From: Verrucomicrobiota bacterium
Lineage (GTDB): Bacteria; Verrucomicrobiota; Verrucomicrobiia; Verrucomicrobiales; Akkermansiaceae
DNA: 64,000 nt
Direction: 5' to 3'
Assembly: GCA_038747705.1 (NCBI GenBank)
Contig: JBCDJP010000002.1
Span: 73,395 to 137,394, forward strand
Below the pieces are notes generated by a model. The model was not told the DNA's origin, ran no database searches, and was given only the letters and a program-made list of their open reading frames with translations. The position numbers were made by a program, and so were the translations under genes. Below, in pieces: positions 1 through 8,642 of this stretch. Position 1 is the stretch's first letter; every line of letters begins with the position of its first letter.

Positions 1-2
1 CC

Positions 3-2294
3 GTGACGATCACCGTCAATCCCGCGCCCGTGGTTGTGATCAGCAGCCCGACGGATGCCTCGACCGCCAATGAAGGGGACTCGGTGACTTTCACCGCCAC
101 CGCCAACGATCCGGAAGACGGGGATGTGGGTGCTTCGTTGGCCTGGAGTTCGAGTCTTGATGGTCCGATCGGAAGTGGCGCGAGTTTCGCCACGACAAGT
201 CTTGCGATTGGAACTCACGTCGTCACCGCGACCGCGACCGACGGCAATTCAGCAGCTGGCAGCACCACGGTGACGATCACCATTAATGCCAAGCCGGTGG
301 TTGCGATCACTGCCCCGACCGATGCCACGACGGTGGGCGAGGGGGATCCCGTGACTTTCACCGCAACTGCAACCGACTCGGAGGATGGAGACGTCACCGG
401 ATCACTGGCATGGGTTTCGGACCTCGATGGTTCCATCGGCAGTGGTGCGAACTTCGGGACGTCTGCGCTTTCAGCCGGAACGCACACGATCACCGCCACG
501 GCCACCGATGGCGACTCTGCCACGGGCAACGACTCGCTGACCCTCACCATCACCTCGAAACCGGTGGTTGCCATCAGTAGTCCGACGGATGCCTCGACGG
601 TCGACGAAGGGGATTCAGTGACTTTCACCGCAACGGCGACGGATGTCGAAGACGGTGATGTGAGCGCTTCCCTGGCCTGGGTCTCGAATGTCGATGGGTC
701 GATCGGAAGCGGAGCCAGCTTCAGTCTCTCAAGCCTGAGCGTGGGAACGCACACGGTCACGGCGACGGCAACCGACAGTAGCTCGGTGTCGGGAACCGAT
801 AGCATCACGATTACCGTGAACGCCAAGCCGGTGGTTGCGATCAGCAGCCCGACGGATGCGACCACGGTCAACGAGGGTGACTCGGTGACCTTCACGGCAA
901 CGGCCACGGACAACGAAGACGGCAATGTGGAAGTCTCACTTGCCTGGGTCTCGGACCTCGACGGTTCGATCGGAAGTGGCGCGACCTTCGACTCGTCGGT
1001 GCTGAGCCTCGGCACCCACACGATCACCGCGACGGCGACCGATGCCAACTTGGCGGAGGGAAGTGACTCCGTGACGATCACCATCAACGCCGAACCGGTG
1101 GTTGCGATCATCAGCCCGACCAATGCCTCCACCGTGGATGAAGGCGAGTCCGTGACATTCACGGCGACGGCCACGGACAACGAAGACGGCAATGTGGAAG
1201 TCTCCCTTGCCTGGGTCTCGAACCTCGACGGTTCGATCGGCAGTGGCGCGACCTTCGACTCTTCGGCGCTGAGCGTCGGCACCCACACGATCACGGCGAC
1301 GGCGACCGATGCGAACTCGGCGGAGGGAAGTGATTCGGTGACGATTACGATCAACGCCGAACCGGTGGTTGTGATCAGCAGTCCGCTGGATGCCACGACG
1401 GTGAATGAAGGTGATTCGGTGAGCTTTGCAGCGACGGCGACGGACACCGAGGACGGTGACCTTGCTGCTTCGCTTGGCTGGAGCTCGGATCTTGATGGCC
1501 CGATTGGCACCGGTGGTTCCTTCAGCTCCTCGGCCCTTTCCGTTGGAACCCACGTCATCACCGCCATGGTGACTGACGCCAACTCTGCGGAAGGCAGTGA
1601 TTCAGTGATGATCACGATCAATGCCAAGCCGGTGGTCGCGATCACCAGCCCGACGGATGCCTCGACGGTGGACGAGGGTGACTCGGTGACCTTCGCCGCG
1701 ACGGCCACGGACAACGAAGACGGTGACCTTGCCGCCTCGCTGACCTGGACTTCGGATCTCGATGGAGTGATCGGAAGTGGTGCAAGCTTCAGCACCTCTG
1801 GGCTTTCCGACGGCACCCATACGGTTACCGCATCCGTGACCGACGCCAACTCGGCAAGTGGAAGTGATGCCCTGACGATCACGGTCAACCCGAGCCCGTA
1901 TCCCGATGGCTACCTCGACTGGCTGAACGGCTTCGGTCTTTCCGGCGATCCCGACGGAGACAGCGATGTCGGAGGAATCAGCAACCTCGATGAGTTCCTT
2001 CTTGGTCTCGATCCGACCGACCCTCTGGATGACAAGGAGTTCCGGATTATTCCGTCGACCGGAGCAGGTTCGATCTTACTGGCATTGCCCGAGCTTGTAG
2101 CGACCGGAAGTTTCCATCTTCACGAAAGTGAGAACCTCGATGACCTCGAAGACATCGGAAACCGGATCGACACGATCACGCCGCTGGAGATCGAGGCGAT
2201 GACGCCCACAGAGCGCCAGAACACGGTCATTGAAGTGCCGATCACGAAGGAGCGAGCCTTCTTCATTCTCATCTTCGAGCCGACTCCCTGGTAA
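3..2294 (+). CDS. Large surface/secreted protein, 5'-truncated by the window: 7 tandem Ig-like (Big/PKD-type) repeats plus a C-terminal DPDGD/GLDPT domain
   Basis: 763-aa ORF with 89-aa repeats (PVVAISSPTD...TFTATATD.EDG...LAW.S.LDG.IG.G...GTHTITATATD), then YLDWL..FG..GDPDGDSD..GISNLDEFLLGLDPTD. Confidence 0.85.
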   Translation: MTITVNPAPVVVISSPTDASTANEGDSVTFTATANDPEDGDVGASLAWSSSLDGPIGSGASFATTSLAIGTHVVTATATDGNSAAGSTTVTITINAKPVVAITAPTDATTVGEGDPVTFTATATDSEDGDVTGSLAWVSDLDGSIGSGANFGTSALSAGTHTITATATDGDSATGNDSLTLTITSKPVVAISSPTDASTVDEGDSVTFTATATDVEDGDVSASLAWVSNVDGSIGSGASFSLSSLSVGTHTVTATATDSSSVSGTDSITITVNAKPVVAISSPTDATTVNEGDSVTFTATATDNEDGNVEVSLAWVSDLDGSIGSGATFDSSVLSLGTHTITATATDANLAEGSDSVTITINAEPVVAIISPTNASTVDEGESVTFTATATDNEDGNVEVSLAWVSNLDGSIGSGATFDSSALSVGTHTITATATDANSAEGSDSVTITINAEPVVVISSPLDATTVNEGDSVSFAATATDTEDGDLAASLGWSSDLDGPIGTGGSFSSSALSVGTHVITAMVTDANSAEGSDSVMITINAKPVVAITSPTDASTVDEGDSVTFAATATDNEDGDLAASLTWTSDLDGVIGSGASFSTSGLSDGTHTVTASVTDANSASGSDALTITVNPSPYPDGYLDWLNGFGLSGDPDGDSDVGGISNLDEFLLGLDPTDPLDDKEFRIIPSTGAGSILLALPELVATGSFHLHESENLDDLEDIGNRIDTITPLEIEAMTPTERQNTVIEVPITKERAFFILIFEPTPW
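18..1886 (+). repeat. Seven tandem 267-bp coding repeats
   Basis: Repeat starts at 18, 285, 552, 819, 1086, 1353 and 1620; units 4 and 5 are nearly identical at DNA level. Confidence 0.9.
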
Positions 2295-2345
2295 CGAAGA
2301 AGCATCGGACCCGTCACGCGACGGGGACGCAACCTCCCCCCAACC

Positions 2346-3284
2346 ATGATTGCTAAAGAAACCGACTTGGCCAGCCACCCACTCAGGGTGGTGGTCGTAG
2401 GCTCGAACGGACGACTCGGCTGCGAAGTTGTCGCAGCACTTCGCGACCAGTGCGAGGTGACCGGTCTCGGTCGAGAAGACCTCGATCTCTCCTCAGCCGA
2501 TTCCATTCGGACGGCGCTCGAGCACCTCGAGTATGACCGTGTGGTGATTCCCGCCGCCCTGACAGCAGTGGACTACTGCGAAACCCACGAAGATGAAGCG
2601 TATGCGGTGAATGCCGAAGGGCCGCGGTTGATCGCGGAGATCAGCAGGGAGAAGGGCGCTCATGTAACCTACGTGAGTACCGACTTTGTTTTCGACGGGA
2701 CCAAGCAGGGTCCCTATTCGGAAGACGATCAGGTGAACCCGATCAGCGTGTACGGCGCATCCAAACTGAGGGGTGAGGAGCTCGTACTGCGCGAAGATCG
2801 GGCGAACCTGGTCGTCCGGGTGTCCTGGGTCTTCGGGCCCGGGCGCCCGGCCTTCCCAGAATGGATCATTGGTCAGGCCCGCGAGAAGTCTGAGCTTTTT
2901 CTCCCTGCCGACAAATTGGCATGTCCGAGTTCAAGCCGTGATCTCGCACGCATGCTGAAGCCCCTCGTGATCGGAAAGAAGGGAGAGGGTGCTTCCGGGA
3001 TTTTTCATCTCTGCAATTCGGGTACCTGCAGCTGGCGAGACTGGGGCCAGTTCTGTCTCGACGAGGCCGCTGATGCCGGTGTTCCCCTCAAGACCCGCAG
3101 AATCGGGCGAAACCTCGTTTCCGATGTCGAGGCCTTCGTCGCCAAGCGCCCGCTCAACAGCGCGCTCGACACCTCGAAATACGCCCGCTGGACGGGGATC
3201 ACCCCGCCTTCCTGGCAGGATGCCCTCAGCACTCACCTCCACAAAAGCCCCCTTTTGAACGAAGCTCGTGAGCTTGCCTGCTAG
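2346..3284 (+). CDS. rfbD: dTDP-4-dehydrorhamnose reductase
   Basis: GSNGRLG Rossmann motif, AALTAVDYCE, STDFVFDG, YGASK (YxxxK). Confidence 0.92.
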   Translation: MIAKETDLASHPLRVVVVGSNGRLGCEVVAALRDQCEVTGLGREDLDLSSADSIRTALEHLEYDRVVIPAALTAVDYCETHEDEAYAVNAEGPRLIAEISREKGAHVTYVSTDFVFDGTKQGPYSEDDQVNPISVYGASKLRGEELVLREDRANLVVRVSWVFGPGRPAFPEWIIGQAREKSELFLPADKLACPSSSRDLARMLKPLVIGKKGEGASGIFHLCNSGTCSWRDWGQFCLDEAADAGVPLKTRRIGRNLVSDVEAFVAKRPLNSALDTSKYARWTGITPPSWQDALSTHLHKSPLLNEARELAC

Positions 3285-3332
3285 CCGGTTTTCCACTAGA
3301 CTCTTCGCCCTCCCCTCCCTCCCTGACAACCA

Positions 3333-4442
3333 ATGAACCTCCTAGTAACCGGCGGAGCCGGATTCATCGGATCGAACCTGATCCACTACCTTCTTGGCGC
3401 TGCGGCGGAAGAAATTCGCCCGGACATCAACAAGGTCGTTACTCTCGACAAGCTCACCTATGCGGGCAACCTGTCGAACCTCGCACCGGTTGACGTCGAC
3501 CCCCGGCATGTCTTCGTCCAAGGCGACATCGGCGACCGCAAGCTGGTTGCCTCGCTTCTTCGTGATCACGAAATCGATGCCGTCATGCATCTGGCGGCGG
3601 AATCGCATGTCGACCGTTCGATTGACGCGCCGGATGAATTCATCGAGACCAACGTCGTGGGAACCCTTTGTTTGCTCGACGAGTTCCGCCGCTACCTGGT
3701 GGAGACGGGTCGCACCGAACGGGAGAACTACGGCAAATCGATTCCCGGTGGAGGGGATTGCGCATTTCTTCACGTTTCCACCGACGAAGTCTATGGATCG
3801 CTCGGACCGGATGATCCGGCATTCTGTGAGACGACTCCTTACGCACCCAATAGTCCGTACAGCGCCTCGAAAGCCGGTAGTGACCACCTTGCCCGGGCCT
3901 ATCACCACACCTTCGGGATGCCGGTGATCACGACCAACTGCTCGAACAACTACGGCCCCTACCAGTTTCCGGAGAAGTTGCTTCCCCTGATGATCCGCAA
4001 GACCCTCAAGGGTGAGCCCCTCCCGGTCTACGGTGACGGAAGCAACGTGCGTGACTGGCTCTATGTCGAGGACCACTGCCGTGGCCTGGCAATGGCGCTG
4101 ACCAAGGGCGAGCCGGGCGAGACCTACGTGATCGGCGGCAAGTGCGAGATGAAGAACATCGACGTCGTCCACGCCATCATCGACACCGTTCGCGAACTGG
4201 CTCCCGAGCGTGGAATCAAGACCGCGGAGGAACTCATCACTTACGTCACCGATCGTCCGGGCCATGACCGTCGTTACGCCATTGATCCAAGTCGCATCGG
4301 CCGCGAGCTGGGCTGGGAACCGCGAGAGAGCTTCGCCTCCGGGTTGAAGCGGACGGTTCAGTGGTATCTCGACCACGAGGAATGGATCGCCGAGATCGAG
4401 GATGGAAGCTATCGCGGCGAACGTCTCGGAACCCTTGCCTGA
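3333..4442 (+). CDS. rfbB: dTDP-glucose 4,6-dehydratase
   Basis: LVTGGAGFIGS, DKLTYAGN, HLAAESHVDRSI, STDEVYGSL, PYSASKA, DRPGHDRRYAID. Confidence 0.97.
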   Translation: MNLLVTGGAGFIGSNLIHYLLGAAAEEIRPDINKVVTLDKLTYAGNLSNLAPVDVDPRHVFVQGDIGDRKLVASLLRDHEIDAVMHLAAESHVDRSIDAPDEFIETNVVGTLCLLDEFRRYLVETGRTERENYGKSIPGGGDCAFLHVSTDEVYGSLGPDDPAFCETTPYAPNSPYSASKAGSDHLARAYHHTFGMPVITTNCSNNYGPYQFPEKLLPLMIRKTLKGEPLPVYGDGSNVRDWLYVEDHCRGLAMALTKGEPGETYVIGGKCEMKNIDVVHAIIDTVRELAPERGIKTAEELITYVTDRPGHDRRYAIDPSRIGRELGWEPRESFASGLKRTVQWYLDHEEWIAEIEDGSYRGERLGTLA

Positions 4443-4450
4443 ATCTCGTC

Positions 4451-5356
4451 ATGGTTGCAGCCATTCGTCAGAAAGTTGACCCCGCGGATCTCAGTTTGCG
4501 GAAGGGGATCATCCTCGCCGGCGGTACCGGAAGCCGCTTGTGGCCGATGACCCATTCGGTCAGCAAGCAGTTGATCCCGGTTTACGACAAACCCATGATC
4601 TACTACCCGCTGACCGTGCTGATGCTCGCCGGCGTCCGGGAAGTACTGGTGATTTCGACGCCCAAGGATCTTCCCGAGTTTGAGAAGCTGATGGGCGACG
4701 GGAGTCAGTGGGGTCTCGAGATCAGCTATGCCGAGCAGCCGAAGCCCGAAGGACTCGCCCAGGCCTTCCTCATCGGTGAGGAATTCATCGACGGTAAGCC
4801 CGTCTGCCTCGTATTGGGGGACAATCTCTTCTACGGGCACGAACTCGGCACCTCGCTGCTTGCGGCTTCCCGCAGGACGAGCGGTGCCACCGTTTTCGGC
4901 TATCACACCCAGAGTCCGGAGCAGTACGGAGTGGTTGAGTTCGATGGTGATGGGAAGGTCATCTCGATCGAGGAAAAGCCTTCGCAACCCAAGTCGAACT
5001 ACGCCGTTCCGGGAATCTACTTCTATGACAAGCAAGTGGTCGACCTGACCAAGAATCTCAAGCCCTCGGCCCGCGGTGAGCTCGAGATCACCGACTTGAA
5101 CCGGGTCTATCTTGAGAAGGGTGAGTTGCGGGTCGAACTGCTCGGACGCGGCACGACCTGGCTCGATACCGGCACGCCGGACGATCTCGCCAATGCCACT
5201 CAGTTCGTCCAGGTAATCCAGCACCGTCAGGGACTCAAGATCGCCTGCCCCGAGGAGGTGGCCTTCACCCAGGGCCGGATCGACCGACCGACCCTCCAGC
5301 AATCCATCGACAAGTATTCCAAGACCGACTACGGCCAATATCTCGCAACACTCTAA
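4451..5356 (+). CDS. rfbA: Glucose-1-phosphate thymidylyltransferase
   Basis: KGIILAGGTGSRLWP, KQLIPVYDKPMIYYPL, SARGELEITD, WLDTGT; start moved to ATG 4451, just after the rfbB stop. Confidence 0.96.
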   Translation: MVAAIRQKVDPADLSLRKGIILAGGTGSRLWPMTHSVSKQLIPVYDKPMIYYPLTVLMLAGVREVLVISTPKDLPEFEKLMGDGSQWGLEISYAEQPKPEGLAQAFLIGEEFIDGKPVCLVLGDNLFYGHELGTSLLAASRRTSGATVFGYHTQSPEQYGVVEFDGDGKVISIEEKPSQPKSNYAVPGIYFYDKQVVDLTKNLKPSARGELEITDLNRVYLEKGELRVELLGRGTTWLDTGTPDDLANATQFVQVIQHRQGLKIACPEEVAFTQGRIDRPTLQQSIDKYSKTDYGQYLATL

Positions 5357-5371
5357 CCCTCCCCCCAAGCC

Positions 5372-6124
5372 ATGAGTGAAAACCAACCGAATCCCTGGTC
5401 GGGCCTCCGATCAGATGCGCGCTCCCGTCTGGAGACGCGCGATTATTCAAGCCTCGACCCGGGAGCGCAGCTCTCCGGCCCCGGGATGCCTTCCGGCCAG
5501 GTCCTTGCCCGCAAGGACGAACTCGCCGACCACTGGATTCCCGGCGTGGAGTTCTTTTCGCGACGCGTCTTTCAGCAGAACGGCCGCGGCTACTTCGCCG
5601 AACTCACCCGCCTCAATGAAGGCAAGCTCGACGAGCTGGGGCTCTCTCCGAAACAGTGGGCTTCCGCTCTGATGCATCGGGATAGTGCCAAGGGTTTCCA
5701 CATCCATCCGCCGCACATTCCCGAGGGCGTCGATCCCGTGGACTGGTTCCACGACCTATACGTCAACAATCCCGAGGACTACGGGAAGCGCCCCTACGAC
5801 AAGGAGCAGTGGGACGTGATGTTTTTCCTCACCGGCATCTGTGAGATGATTCTCGTCGATGAACGGCAGGGTATGCCCCGACGGGTGATGCGCTTCACCA
5901 TCGCCGGCGACAGCCGCCCGGGGCCGGACAACATGGCCGTGGTCATCCCACCCGGAGTCGGACACGCGCTGCGTGACATTGGAAACGAGGACCTGATCAT
6001 GGTTTACGGTACCAGCACGACCTTCAATCCCGCCTGGGAGGGGAGAATTGCCAGCGACATTGAGAAGGCACCGTTGCCGCTCGACTGGGACCGCTACCTT
6101 GCCGACGGATCCACCGCTTGCTGA
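5372..6124 (+). CDS. rfbC: RmlC-like cupin, probable dTDP-4-dehydrorhamnose 3,5-epimerase (divergent, enlarged)
   Basis: GRGYFAEL, KGFHIH, VVIPPGVGHA cupin motifs; completes the rml pathway in this operon. Confidence 0.65.
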   Translation: MSENQPNPWSGLRSDARSRLETRDYSSLDPGAQLSGPGMPSGQVLARKDELADHWIPGVEFFSRRVFQQNGRGYFAELTRLNEGKLDELGLSPKQWASALMHRDSAKGFHIHPPHIPEGVDPVDWFHDLYVNNPEDYGKRPYDKEQWDVMFFLTGICEMILVDERQGMPRRVMRFTIAGDSRPGPDNMAVVIPPGVGHALRDIGNEDLIMVYGTSTTFNPAWEGRIASDIEKAPLPLDWDRYLADGSTAC

Positions 6125-6259
6125 AGCCGAGTCTCTCCCCCTGATATCCAACCTCCCCCCCATGATGTGAGTTGACCCTCGTCGACGCGATCCCTTCCGT
6201 ATGCATCGCGGGACCACCCCAACCGTTTTCCCATCCCTGAAACCAACACCCCCTGAAGT

Positions 6260-6955
6260 ATGAAGAACAACAATGATACCAACAATCGTGTCGCTCCTGA
6301 AGCGGCACCGTCGGTCCGGGCTTCGGCACGCATGTGCCGCTTGTTCCGGAGTCTCCCCGTGTCGTCGCTCGGCGTCGGCATGCTCGCAATGATGATGGCG
6401 CTCTTCCTGAACAGCTGCGCTACCGACGATCCCGGCACCATTCCCGCCGAGGCCTTCGTTGCCCGACCCAGCGGAACCCTGAACGCCGGAGATGTCATCC
6501 GCGTCAGCTATCCCGGCGCCCCTGAACTCAACTTGACGCAGAAGGTCCAGCCCAACGGCCGGGTCAGCCTGCCGATGATCGGCGACGTAAAGGCATCCGG
6601 CCGCAATGTCGGAAGCTTCCAGTCCTCGCTTGAGGGCATGTATGCCGAACACCTCACCGATCCCAAGGTGCTCGTCTCGCTCGAGACTCCCGCTTCGTCG
6701 GTTTATGTTTCGGGTGAAGTGCGCGATCCCGGCAAGATCTCACTTGATCGCCCGATGACTGCGATCGAAGCGATCATGGAGGCCGGTGGCTTCTCGAAGT
6801 ACGCCAATGCCAAGCGCGTCTATGTGGTTCGCAACGAGAATGGCAAGCACCAGCGCTACGTGCTCAATGTCAGCGACACGCTGTCCGGCACCAACAGCAA
6901 CGCCTTCTACCTGCGCCCGTACGACGTTGTCTACGTCAAGGAAAGCAACTGGTGA
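6260..6955 (+). CDS. Polysaccharide biosynthesis/export lipoprotein (Wza/Poly_export + SLBB)
   Basis: Lipobox LNSC, GDVIRVSY, PNGRVSLPMIGDVKASG, VYVSGEVRDPG, AIMEAGGFS, LRPYDVVYV; start uncertain. Confidence 0.88.
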   Translation: MKNNNDTNNRVAPEAAPSVRASARMCRLFRSLPVSSLGVGMLAMMMALFLNSCATDDPGTIPAEAFVARPSGTLNAGDVIRVSYPGAPELNLTQKVQPNGRVSLPMIGDVKASGRNVGSFQSSLEGMYAEHLTDPKVLVSLETPASSVYVSGEVRDPGKISLDRPMTAIEAIMEAGGFSKYANAKRVYVVRNENGKHQRYVLNVSDTLSGTNSNAFYLRPYDVVYVKESNW

Positions 6956-6968
6956 TCTTCGGATCACG

Positions 6969-7011
6969 GAACGACCGGTCAAGGCGGGAGCTGATCCCGC
7001 TGCGACCGTTC
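6969..7011. terminator. Possible bidirectional terminator hairpin between convergent genes
   Basis: GCGGGA-GCTGA-TCCCGC core with outer GGTC/GACC and GAACG/CGTTC pairing; no clear U-tract. Confidence 0.4.
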
Positions 7012-7027
7012 GGTTTCCATCCCTGAT

Positions 7028-8335
7028 TCAGGGATCGGGCGTGACCAGCTTGTAGAACCGCTTCGGCTGGCCTTCAGCGCCCGGATCATCGACGGTGATC
7101 GTGCCGCCATGATTCGTCTCGGTATCGACGAGCGTCCAGTTCTCAAGGTCGCTCGAGGCGAAGACGCTCACGTCCTTGCCGAGTTCACCGGAGAGGTTGA
7201 AGGTGATTAAATGGTTGCTGCCGATGCTCATGCTGGTCACCCGGAAGGGGAATTCATGCACGATGAGTTCCGCGGGACCGGCGGTCTTGATGACCGTGTC
7301 GCTCCAGATGAAGACCGAATAGTTTGCCGCGTCGTCGAAATCGGCTCCCGAAACCCGCAGTGAGGGTCCGGTTTCACCGTTGATGGCAAGGCCATCCTTG
7401 ACCCATTGATACTGAATCGGCCCGGTGGCTGCAGCGATGACGTTGAAGGTGGCGACGCCTCCGACGTGCGTCGATTGATCCGCGGGAGGCCCGGTGATGG
7501 CAAGGACGTCTCCGCTCCTTGGAAGATCATCGTTTGGAACAAAGTCCGGATCGGTGCAGAGCACGATCCGGTCGAGCTGGACCGCTGCTTCGCGACTCCG
7601 GAACCTGATCGTATGGGGACCCGGCGCCAGATTGAAGTTCCTGACCTGTCCCGACTGGGTTTCAATGCGTTGCCACACCCAATCGTCCGAGTAGACCAGA
7701 GGTGGCGGGCTGGAGTCGCCATAAACGTGAAAGACCTCGTCGACGCCACCATCCATCGAAACAAAGTAAGAGTCACTTCCCGAGCTGGGTGCCTTGACCC
7801 GGCACCAGACCTGATAGGGGGCATTGATCTGCGACTCAAAACTGATTTCCGTAAAACCTTCCTGAGTGATGGTGTCGTCCTGAACCCAGGAGACGTCGCC
7901 CGCTCCCTGAACAACCATCGGGGCATTGATGACCCCGTCCTCGGCCTCGACAAGAATCAGGCGGCCATCGATCGACTCGCCGGCGCCGTCAACAAAGGTG
8001 ACCGCGATCTCAGCCGAAAATGCGCTCTCGAGCCCGATCGTGTTGTAGGCGGTTACCGCGCAGTAGTAGGTTTCCCCGAGATCCAGATCGGCAATCTCCA
8101 TCTCCGGGCTGCTGCCGGCATTGAGGACCGAAGTGTAGTTGCCGCTTTCGGAACCGAAATGAACGTTGTAGCCACTGATGTTCGGTTCCGGATTCGGATC
8201 CCAGATCAGGGTGACGCTTCCCGTGCTCGATCCCGTGCGGGCATTCGCGGTGAGGGCGATGCCGACGGTGAACAGGGTGAGAAGCAGGAATTTTAGGGCG
8301 AGCACAGCCCTATTACAGGGTGATTGGGACAGCAC
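7028..8335 (-). CDS. Secreted multidomain protein: fibronectin type III, CBM-like beta-sandwich, Ig-like domain, C-terminal S-x-DL-x-x-W/RFY domain
   Basis: Signal peptide; VTLIWDPNPE..ISGY..H..YYCAVTAYN (FN3); VEAEDG; GPIQYQWVKDG (Ig); ASSDLENW...KRFYKL. Confidence 0.8.
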   Translation of the reverse strand: MLSQSPCNRAVLALKFLLLTLFTVGIALTANARTGSSTGSVTLIWDPNPEPNISGYNVHFGSESGNYTSVLNAGSSPEMEIADLDLGETYYCAVTAYNTIGLESAFSAEIAVTFVDGAGESIDGRLILVEAEDGVINAPMVVQGAGDVSWVQDDTITQEGFTEISFESQINAPYQVWCRVKAPSSGSDSYFVSMDGGVDEVFHVYGDSSPPPLVYSDDWVWQRIETQSGQVRNFNLAPGPHTIRFRSREAAVQLDRIVLCTDPDFVPNDDLPRSGDVLAITGPPADQSTHVGGVATFNVIAAATGPIQYQWVKDGLAINGETGPSLRVSGADFDDAANYSVFIWSDTVIKTAGPAELIVHEFPFRVTSMSIGSNHLITFNLSGELGKDVSVFASSDLENWTLVDTETNHGGTITVDDPGAEGQPKRFYKLVTPDP

Positions 8336-8340
8336 AAAGA

Positions 8341-8430
8341 TTAGTATTAGTTAATTTTAATAAAAAATAAAGCTAAAATTTAATCAAATCTGACAATTTG
8401 GTTATAGAAGCTGAATTTCTTATGAATTGT
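8341..8430. promoter_or_regulatory. Very AT-rich segment in the divergent promoter region
   Basis: 9 of 60 G+C in 8341-8400 by hand count, with A-tracts, between two divergent genes. Confidence 0.6.
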
Positions 8431-8642
8431 GCCGGCGGGGAGGTCAGGAAACCGGCGAGGTTCCTGCCAGACGTGCGGGAAGCTACAGGTTTGCTGACGG
8501 TTGACAACCAGAAGATTTACGCAGTTGTACACCCATTGAAATGCAATGGATACAGGGCTTTCGGGTCCATTTTGGCCGCTGCTGAAGGGGGCGTTGAGGA
8601 GCGAATTCGAGCAGGTATCCGGAGGTCCTTCTTCGGTCGGAA

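Noticed and set aside
215-1888. 557-aa antisense ORF and many other long overlapping ORFs (for example 3342-4376, 25209-26522, 35959-37356, 59454-61013)
   Set aside because: Shadow ORFs opposite well-supported genes, expected in high-GC DNA; no recognisable motifs.
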